From Lachnospiraceae bacterium (GTDB lineage: Bacteria; Bacillota; Clostridia; Lachnospirales; Lachnospiraceae): a stretch of DNA of 64,000 nt. Each line of letters opens with the position of its first letter. Positions within the stretch are counted from its first letter, which is position 1. Positions 57,295 through 64,000 of this stretch are shown here, piece by piece. The position numbers and the translations under genes were made by a program. The DNA is taken from positions 5,682 through 69,681 of the forward strand of contig SVEB01000050.1 of NCBI GenBank assembly GCA_015057635.1, given 5' to 3'. Under the pieces are notes generated by a model. It was not told where the DNA came from, ran no database searches, and saw only the letters and a program-made list of their open reading frames with translations.

Positions 57295-58743
57295 TTATTT
57301 TACGATTTCCTTTACTAAAACTTCCATGTTATCCACCTGGTTTGCCATTTTGGCAACCGCTGAATTCTGATTTTCCATGGACTTCGCCACTTCTTCAATC
57401 ATAGATGAATTTTCTTCCGATATCTGCGCCAGATCACTTACTTCTGACAGCACAACATCCATTCCCTTCTTCACATCCGTGATCAGTGAGAATTCCTCTA
57501 CAATCATACGGTTTGATGCTTCAATTGAATCCGAGATTTTTGCGAATCTGGAGTAAAGTACTCCTAACTCCTTGCTTCCGTCTTCCACTGTCATACTTTC
57601 GCTCTCTACGCGTTCATGCACCTCTTCAATGGCAGTAACAAGTTTCTCTAAAATACTTCGGATTGTAGAAGATGCATTCTTGCTCTGTTCAGACAGATCA
57701 CGAATCTGATCCGCAACAACCGCAAATCCTTTTCCTGCCTCTCCTGCTCTTGCCGCCTCAATAGACGCATTTAGGGATAACAGGTTTGTCTGCTTGGCAA
57801 TCGCATCAATCTCAGCTAAAATGTTCTGAATCTTACTGGCATCCTCTAACAGGATTTCTGTCGCATTTGCGGTCTGCGTTACCGTTTCCGTAATCTTGTT
57901 CATAGACTGCATAACCTGGTCAGCTTCTTTGTTTCCGCTGGTTACATTCTCAAGAACTGCTTCATAACCTTCTTTTAATTCCTTTGCAATACTAAGATTC
58001 TGATCAATCTTATCGCTTGCATCGTGAATCTGCATCGTCACCTTATTCATGGACTCGGATGTCTTTTCCACTAAACCAGTCATTTCTTTTGCAGATTCCG
58101 TAACCATATTCGCCTCATTGGAAAATTCATTCATATTTGTGACACTGACTGCGATTACCTCATTCAGCTGTCCTGCAAGCTTCATTGCAGTTTCCGTATG
58201 TTCTTCTACCAGGGCTTTCTGCTTTTCGGCTTCTTCTGTCTTTGCCTCACTTAACAGTATAATTTTCTTTCCTCTTAAAATTGAAACATATAAAAATGCT
58301 GCAAGGGCACCATAAATAAATATCTGAAATAATACATTTTTTATGTCACAGTCAGGGCCGCCGATGATCTCAGGGTTCACACACACTGCAACAATAGCTG
58401 CCGTCATATAGATAGCAGTATGCACGATTAATATGATCGGTTCAAAATAATAAGTAACAAACCCAAGCACCACAAACACCGCAAATGATGCACGCTGATT
58501 TCCTCCCTGTACCATGGAAACCACTAGAGTTGCAAGCGCTATCGTGGTTGGCATTAAAATTCCCTTTACCATATCTGAAATCTTTAAACGATACAAAATA
58601 GTGGCAACTACAGATGACCCAACAATAGCAGCGCAACCATAATAACTGCTGGCTGACATTCCATAATTCAGGAAACTGATAACACTCAGTACTACACAGC
58701 AAATCCAAATGAAAATCAGATTTATCTTATGTATTCTCTTCAT
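57295..58743 (-). CDS. Methyl-accepting chemotaxis protein with multi-TM N-terminus
   Basis: [34 protein letters not shown] signalling hairpin. Confidence 0.95.
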   Translation of the reverse strand: MKRIHKINLIFIWICCVVLSVISFLNYGMSASSYYGCAAIVGSSVVATILYRLKISDMVKGILMPTTIALATLVVSMVQGGNQRASFAVFVVLGFVTYYFEPIILIVHTAIYMTAAIVAVCVNPEIIGGPDCDIKNVLFQIFIYGALAAFLYVSILRGKKIILLSEAKTEEAEKQKALVEEHTETAMKLAGQLNEVIAVSVTNMNEFSNEANMVTESAKEMTGLVEKTSESMNKVTMQIHDASDKIDQNLSIAKELKEGYEAVLENVTSGNKEADQVMQSMNKITETVTQTANATEILLEDASKIQNILAEIDAIAKQTNLLSLNASIEAARAGEAGKGFAVVADQIRDLSEQSKNASSTIRSILEKLVTAIEEVHERVESESMTVEDGSKELGVLYSRFAKISDSIEASNRMIVEEFSLITDVKKGMDVVLSEVSDLAQISEENSSMIEEVAKSMENQNSAVAKMANQVDNMEVLVKEIVK

Positions 58744-59038
58744 TTTTTACTCCTTTATATAAAAGTGATTTTCTTTGTTTATAATAGTCCATTCCATAAC
58801 ATATGCCTTATAGCTCATACGTACTATATTTCAATGAACAATATAAAACAGTTTAAATTAATTCCATTATACAACACTAATTCCATTATTTCAATATTTT
58901 ATATCAATATAGTGCATTTTTATCTCGTTTATGGCAGATTGCAACTATGCTGCTTTACTGCTAAAAAACTGTCTTGGAAGGCTTTTTCACTTCTCTGCTT
59001 CTTCACATCTTTCACTTGCCGTCTTAAAAATAAACAAA

Positions 59039-59080
59039 AAAATACCTAAGGTCCATACGTATATGGAACTTAGGTATTTT
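59039..59080 (-). terminator. Terminator of tRNA copy 1
   Basis: aaaatacctaaggtccata-cgta-tatggaacttaggtatttt. Confidence 0.75.
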
Positions 59081-59116
59081 CTCGGGTTGGGCTGTTCGTA
59101 AATCACGATCAATCAA

Positions 59117-59188
59117 CAGCTCGTAGGGGAATCGAACCCCTGATTCCGCCGTGAGAGGGCGGCGTCTTAACCGCTTGACCAACGAGCC
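59117..59188 (-). tRNA. tRNA-Glu(CTC), copy 1, CCA not encoded
   Basis: GGCTCGTTGGTCAAGCGGTTAAGACGCCGCC-CT-CTC-AC-GGCGGAATCAGGGGTTCGATTCCCCTACGAGCTG cloverleaf. Confidence 0.96.
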
Positions 59189-59201
59189 TCGCTACTCCTT
59201 T

Positions 59202-59230
59202 ATGATATACTATTTAAAAGGAAATTGCAA
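59202..59230 (-). promoter_or_regulatory. Promoter of tRNA copy 1
   Basis: TTGCAA-N17-TATCAT. Confidence 0.7.
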
Positions 59231-59267
59231 GCACTTTTTTAATTTTTTTCTATTTTTTGAAAAATAA

Positions 59268-59309
59268 AAAATACCAAAGATCCATACGTATATGGAGCTT
59301 AGGTATTTT
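59268..59309 (-). terminator. Terminator of tRNA copy 2
   Basis: aaaataccaaagatccata-cgta-tatggagcttaggtatttt. Confidence 0.7.
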
Positions 59310-59345
59310 CTCGGGTTGGGCTGTTCGTAAATCACGATCAGTCAG

Positions 59346-59417
59346 CAGCTCGTAGGGGAATCGAACCCCTGTTTCCGCCGTGAGAGGGCGGCGTCTTAAC
59401 CGCTTGACCAACGAGCC
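59346..59417 (-). tRNA. tRNA-Glu(CTC), copy 2, CCA not encoded
   Basis: Identical to copy 1 except one variable-loop base (GGAAACAG vs GGAATCAG). Confidence 0.96.
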
Positions 59418-59430
59418 TTGCTACTTCTTT

Positions 59431-59459
59431 ATAATATACTATTCAAAAGGAAATTGCAA
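59431..59459 (-). promoter_or_regulatory. Promoter of tRNA copy 2
   Basis: TTGCAA-N17-TATTAT. Confidence 0.7.
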
Positions 59460-59569
59460 GTACTTTTTTGATGTTTTTTGTATTTTTTTGAATAAGTGAG
59501 GGAAAGTTTAGAAGAAAGCCCCCCACTTTTTTCTATAATATATGGAAAGTTCGTATTATTGTGATATGA

Positions 59570-60193
59570 TTGTATTATCCGTTAACTCATTATAAATGGA
59601 AGGAGAATCAATATGCAAGTACCGAAAAGTTTAAGGGTTCGCTTACAAAGTTTCATGTAGATGAAGATGTGATTTCACAGATTAACGAAGGTTTTGAAGA
59701 TGTTACGGACAAAGCTCCGAAAAAGAAGAAGGCAGCTTATTTTAAACATGCCGTCGATGTCATGAACGAACAGATGGATCTGGATAAATTCCAGGAAATC
59801 TTTGAATGGAATTCCTGTTGTAAGAGCGGAGCAAGAGAAAAGGCATCCAAAGCCTTTGCCAAAGAAAATGCGAACGCTACTCTCGATGAAAAATTAGAAA
59901 AGATCAAATCTGTCCCTTATATGGGACAGCCTGTCTATAATCATAACGGGACAATCACTACATATGCTGTCAGCTGGTTCGATGGTGAGAAATACCAATG
60001 CGCCTGCTCAAACTTCAGCCACCTCAAACGGGATTACGACATATCCAAAAACTACTGCTTCTGCTGTGCCGGCCACTTTAAATATCACTACGAAATCATG
60101 CTGGGCCTCAAACTAAAAACACTAGAAATCGTCTCCTCCCCTTTAGACAGCAACGGCAAAAACCCTTGCGTCATCCGCTACCAGATCCTCTAG
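59570..60193 (+). CDS. DUF6144-like Cys-rich protein; 5' end uncertain, possibly frameshifted
   Basis: SCCK, CACS, CFCCAGH, P.DS....C pattern. The TTG start at 59570 has no RBS; the ATG with a strong RBS (59613) is out of frame. Confidence 0.7.
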   Translation: MYYPLTHYKWKENQYASTEKFKGSLTKFHVDEDVISQINEGFEDVTDKAPKKKKAAYFKHAVDVMNEQMDLDKFQEIFEWNSCCKSGAREKASKAFAKENANATLDEKLEKIKSVPYMGQPVYNHNGTITTYAVSWFDGEKYQCACSNFSHLKRDYDISKNYCFCCAGHFKYHYEIMLGLKLKTLEIVSSPLDSNGKNPCVIRYQIL

Positions 60194-60216
60194 GATAAAA
60201 ATAAGAAAGCCGGCTA

Positions 60217-60407
60217 AAAAAGCAGCTGTGGGCGGCAGGGGATATATTTTTTCAGCTGTACGGCATCAAGGCGGACAAAAAGCAGGAGAATCTCTGAATA
60301 GCAGACAGTGCTTTCCTGTCTGATAGTCGGAGATTCTCCTGCTTTTTGTCCGAGCTTGTGACGAACAGCGAAAAATATATATCCTCCACCGCCCACAGCT
60401 GCTTTTT
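60217..60407. repeat. Long palindromic intergenic element, copy D
   Basis: Core atagcagacag-tgctttc-ctgtctgatag (60298-60326); stem gcaggagaatctctga / tcggagattctcctgc; outer arms aaaaagcagctgtgggcgg / ccgcccacagctgcttttt. Confidence 0.92.
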
Positions 60408-60480
60408 CCAGGCGGCACGCTCACCGCTCACACGCACATAAATGTGGGGGCAGGGGCGGGGGGTGCGACACCCTCCCTAG

Positions 60481-63400
60481 CTACGAAAAGAAGTCCATCA
60501 GCGACATCTGGTTGCTGAGTGGGAGGTCGCCCATGAGGCCTAGGTCGCCCATTAAGTCTACGACGGTCTGGGAGATCTTACATCGCGTCTTAAAGTCATC
60601 ACGGGATAAGAACTTGCCATCCTTAACCGCTTCCACTACCTGGTCGGCCGCCTTGTCACCAAGACCTTCGATTGAGTCTAAGGATGCCATCAGCTTGCCG
60701 TCCACGATCTGGAAGTGATGCGCTTTCGCGGTATAAATATCGATTGGAACGAATTCAAAACCTCTCGCATACATTTCCTGAACGATCTTCATATCCTTCA
60801 CCACATCTTCTTCCTTCTTTGAAAGCTTCTGAGCTGGATCATTGGATGCCATTCTTCTCTTAAACTCTGCCATATGATATTCCAAACGTTCCCTGCCTAA
60901 GCACATCAGCTCATAGTTGAATGCAGTAGCACGGATACTGAAATAAGCACAGTAATAGGCGAGCGGATAATAAACCTTAAAGTAAGCAATTCGAAATGCC
61001 ATCATAACGTATGCGCAAGCATGTGCCTTCGGGAACATGTACTTGATACGCTTACAGGACCAGATATACCAGTCCGGCACGCCATTCGCAAGCATCTCCT
61101 CTTCCATTTCCGGAGTAAGACCTTTACCCTTACGAACGGATTCCATGATTTTGAATGCATGACCGTTCTCAACGCCCATATGAATCAGATAAACCATGAT
61201 ATCATCTCGGGTACAGATTGCAGTAGACAGGGTACATTTTTCTTCCGCGATCAGCGTCTGGGTATTGTTAAGCCATACGTCCGTACCGTGGGAAAGACCC
61301 GAGATACGGATCATATCGGAAAAGCTCTTTGGCTTTGTATCACGAAGCATCTGCATAACGAAGTCCGTACCAAGTTCAGGAAGTCCTAAGGAACCAAGAT
61401 CACAGCCGCCGATATCTTCCGGCTTGATGCCAAGCGCCTCTGTGGATTCAAAGAGGGAAATAACCTTCTTATCATCCATTCGGATTTCTTTCGCATCAAG
61501 GCCCGTCAGATCTTCTAACATTCGGATCATGGTCGGATCATCGTGTCCCAGAATATCGAGCTTTAGTAAGTTATGATCGATGGAATGGTAATCGAAATGA
61601 GTCGTTACCGTTTTGGTTGTCATATCGTTTGCAGGACGCTGTACCGGTGTGAAGGAATAGATCTCCTCACCGTGAGGAAGTACGATAATACCACCCGGAT
61701 GCTGTCCGGTTGTACGTCTTACCCCTACACATCCGCCTACAAGACGGTTTACCTCGGCAGTTCTTTTATGAGTGCCGCGTTCTTCATAATACTTCATAAC
61801 CATACCGAATGCGGTTTTATCCGCAAGTGTACCGATGGTTCCAGCACGGAAGGTATGGCCCTTTCCGAAGATAACCTCCGTGTAATCATGGGCTTTTGCC
61901 TGATATTCACCGGAGAAGTTAAGATCGATATCGGGTTCCTTATCACCGTTGAATCCAAGGAAAGTTTCGAACGGAATGTTGTGTCCGTCTTTCTTTAGCA
62001 TCTTTCCACATACCGGACATACCTTATCGGGCATATCGCAGCCGGAGCTCTGAGAGTAGCTCTGTACTTCTTCTGAATCAAAGTCAGAATAGAAGCAGCT
62101 ATCACAGTAATAATGTGCCGGGAGCGGATTAACTTCGGTAATACCGGACATAGTCGCAACGAAAGAAGAACCGACCGAACCACGGGAACCTACTAAGTAT
62201 CCATCTTCATTTGACTTCCACACCAGCTTCTGTGCAATGATATACATTACGGCGAAACCATTTGTAATAATGGAATGAAGCTCATGCTCCAGTCTTTCTT
62301 CTACCGGCTTCGGCAGGTTCGGACCATACATGGAATGCGCCTTGTCGTAACAGATATTTCGAAGTGTCTTATCGGAATCCTCGATGACCGGAGGACATTT
62401 ATCCGGACGTACCGGTGAAATCTTCTCAATCATATCGGCAATCTTATTCGGATTGGTGATAACTACTTCTTCCGCTAACTCTTTGCCAAGATAAGAGAAT
62501 TCACTTAACATATCAAGCGTTGTTCTAAAATAAAGAGGCGCCTGCTTATCCGCATCACTAAACCCTTTGCTTGCCATAATGATACGGCGGTATACTTCAT
62601 CTTCCGGATTTAGGAAATGAACGTCACCGGTCGCAACGGTAAGCTTTCCAAACTCACGTCCTAAGTTGATGATCCGCTTATTGATATCCTTAAGTTCATC
62701 CATGGAACTAATATCATATTTCGGACTTTCAATCATAAACTCATTGTTGCCAAGAGGCTGAATCTCAAAATAATCATAGAACTTCGCAAGTCTTGTGATT
62801 TCTTCTTCCGGCTGGTTTCTAAGAATCGCCTGATACAGTTCTCCCGCTTCACAGGCGGATCCAATTAAAAGACCTTCCCTGTATTTCGCTAAAAGTGACT
62901 TTGGAATACGAGGACGTCTAGCAAAATAATCAATATGAGAAAGGGAAACCATACGGTACAGATTTACTCGTCCAATATCATTCTGGCATAAGATAATGGC
63001 ATGGTAAGTCGGCATCTTCTTAATAACCGCAGGATCGATCTCATCGAATCCATTTACATCGGCTAGCGTATACGCTCCCTTTTCCTTTAGCATCTCAATA
63101 AATTTCACATAAATTTCTGCGGTACATCCTGCATCATCTACCGCACGGTGATGGCTTTCTAACACTACGCCGAGCGCTTTTGCTACGGTATCCAGCTTAA
63201 AGTTATGAAGATCCGATAATAGGACACGCGCAAGCGCTACCGTATCCACAACCGTGAAGTCGGTCTCAATTCCCATAAACTCTGCTTTCTTCGTGATAAA
63301 TCCAACGTCAAAGGAAGCGTTATGAGCTACCAGCACACAGCCTTTACAGAACTCTAAGAATTCGGGCAGAATCTTTTCAATGGTCGGATATCCCATAACC

Positions 63401-64000
63401 ATATCATCGGTAATGCTAGTCAGCTTCTCGATTTCAAATGGAATCGGTATTTCCGGATTGATAAAGGTAGAATACTTATCGGTAATCTTTCCATTTACTA
63501 CCTTTACCGCACCAATTTCAATAATCTTATCTTTAATTGGTCCAAAACCGGTTGTCTCGATATCAAATACAACGCAAGGATCATCTAATGTCTGCCCTTT
63601 ATCTCCGACTACCAGTTCCTTCATGTCATCCACTAAGTATGCTTCCATACCGTAAATGATCTTGAAGTTCTTGCAGCGTTCCATCTTCTCCGGATCATCC
63701 TTATAATCCTTTGGATTTAAAGCATGGTTTGCTTCCGGGAATGACTGCACCACACCATGATCGGTGATCGCCACAGCCGGATGCCCCCATTCAAATGCAG
63801 TCTTTACAAGTTCCTTTGTATCCACAACCGCATCCATATCGCTCATCATCGTATGGGCATGAAGCTCTACTCTCTTCTGATCGTAAGAATCCACTCTCTT
63901 CGTTGTGAAGTCTGGAATCTTCTTAATACCAACAACAGATGTGATCGCGATTTCTCTGTCATACTTATCAAGAAGCGCCATACCCTTCATACGGATAAAT
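60481..64000 (-). CDS. polC: DNA polymerase III, PolC-type (5' end outside the window)
   Basis: RVELHAHT.MS.MD PHP domain with inserted DEDDh exonuclease (VFDIETTG), GSRGSVGSS, PDIDLNFSG, YMFPKAHA. The frame stays open past 63990 (...FIRM). Confidence 0.98.
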   Translation of the reverse strand, partial: FIRMKGMALLDKYDREIAITSVVGIKKIPDFTTKRVDSYDQKRVELHAHTMMSDMDAVVDTKELVKTAFEWGHPAVAITDHGVVQSFPEANHALNPKDYKDDPEKMERCKNFKIIYGMEAYLVDDMKELVVGDKGQTLDDPCVVFDIETTGFGPIKDKIIEIGAVKVVNGKITDKYSTFINPEIPIPFEIEKLTSITDDMVMGYPTIEKILPEFLEFCKGCVLVAHNASFDVGFITKKAEFMGIETDFTVVDTVALARVLLSDLHNFKLDTVAKALGVVLESHHRAVDDAGCTAEIYVKFIEMLKEKGAYTLADVNGFDEIDPAVIKKMPTYHAIILCQNDIGRVNLYRMVSLSHIDYFARRPRIPKSLLAKYREGLLIGSACEAGELYQAILRNQPEEEITRLAKFYDYFEIQPLGNNEFMIESPKYDISSMDELKDINKRIINLGREFGKLTVATGDVHFLNPEDEVYRRIIMASKGFSDADKQAPLYFRTTLDMLSEFSYLGKELAEEVVITNPNKIADMIEKISPVRPDKCPPVIEDSDKTLRNICYDKAHSMYGPNLPKPVEERLEHELHSIITNGFAVMYIIAQKLVWKSNEDGYLVGSRGSVGSSFVATMSGITEVNPLPAHYYCDSCFYSDFDSEEVQSYSQSSGCDMPDKVCPVCGKMLKKDGHNIPFETFLGFNGDKEPDIDLNFSGEYQAKAHDYTEVIFGKGHTFRAGTIGTLADKTAFGMVMKYYEERGTHKRTAEVNRLVGGCVGVRRTTGQHPGGIIVLPHGEEIYSFTPVQRPANDMTTKTVTTHFDYHSIDHNLLKLDILGHDDPTMIRMLEDLTGLDAKEIRMDDKKVISLFESTEALGIKPEDIGGCDLGSLGLPELGTDFVMQMLRDTKPKSFSDMIRISGLSHGTDVWLNNTQTLIAEEKCTLSTAICTRDDIMVYLIHMGVENGHAFKIMESVRKGKGLTPEMEEEMLANGVPDWYIWSCKRIKYMFPKAHACAYVMMAFRIAYFKVYYPLAYYCAYFSIRATAFNYELMCLGRERLEYHMAEFKRRMASNDPAQKLSKKEEDVVKDMKIVQEMYARGFEFVPIDIYTAKAHHFQIVDGKLMASLDSIEGLGDKAADQVVEAVKDGKFLSRDDFKTRCKISQTVVDLMGDLGLMGDLPLSNQMSLMDFFS

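Larger units (their letters stand above)
59039..59490. repeat. Tandem duplication of a 229-bp promoter-tRNA-terminator unit
   Basis: The two tRNAs are exactly 229 bp apart; flanks are duplicated with scattered substitutions. Confidence 0.92.

Noticed and set aside
58744-58960. Sigma-28 promoter for the MCP gene
   Set aside because: No TAAA-N15/16-GCCGATA match found in the AT-rich upstream region.
59039-60193. tRNA duplication as attL/attR of an integrated element
   Set aside because: Both copies are complete with promoter and terminator and are directly adjacent, with no cargo or integrase between them.
10240-60407. Palindromes as CRISPR repeats, integron attC sites or retron msr-msd
   Set aside because: They are dispersed single copies, not arrays. 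No cas, integrase or reverse transcriptase is in the window. The conserved part is at the hairpin centre, not at the ends as in attC.
59900-60700. A>G bias as a diversity-generating retroelement
   Set aside because: No reverse transcriptase and no TR/VR pair. Changes appear mostly synonymous, include C>T, and fade gradually on both sides of a hairpin.

Overview
64 kb of ordinary chromosome from a Clostridia bacterium, most likely Lachnospiraceae (inferred from gene families and style). Most genes are on the minus strand. From left to right: the alaS 5' end, tdk, an eight-gene late cobalamin operon (cobT-cobU-cobS-cobU-like-cobC-cbiB-cobD-cobQ), satP, an NCS2 permease with a hybrid kinase, a MerR/MATE module, and a NarL-type two-component system with a divergent ABC-2 exporter. 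Then come peptidases (M3, secreted M16C), a TetR-DUF6938-MFS operon, a yybP-ykoY (Mn) riboswitch ahead of a P-type ATPase, surface proteins (CAP, BspA-LRR, GH18, multi-CBM GH13), eda, hemerythrin, trxA, an MCP, a tandemly duplicated tRNA-Glu(CTC) unit and the 3' part of polC. I saw no transposase, integrase, reverse transcriptase, phage module or CRISPR array. The main unexplained signal is a dispersed family of four 190-260 bp palindromic intergenic elements (about 10.3, 28.4, 48.2 and 60.3 kb, with a possible remnant at 1.8 kb). They share a conserved core (CTATCAGACA-loop-TGTCTGATAG) and conserved arm motifs, while the intervening stems differ in every copy yet stay self-complementary. Neighbouring DNA shows a strand-specific compositional halo (T>C and G>A on the strand reading toward the element) that has rewritten synonymous codons at the 3' ends of polC, cobQ and a DUF6144 gene. 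All counts were made by eye; family names come from motif recognition, not database searches.
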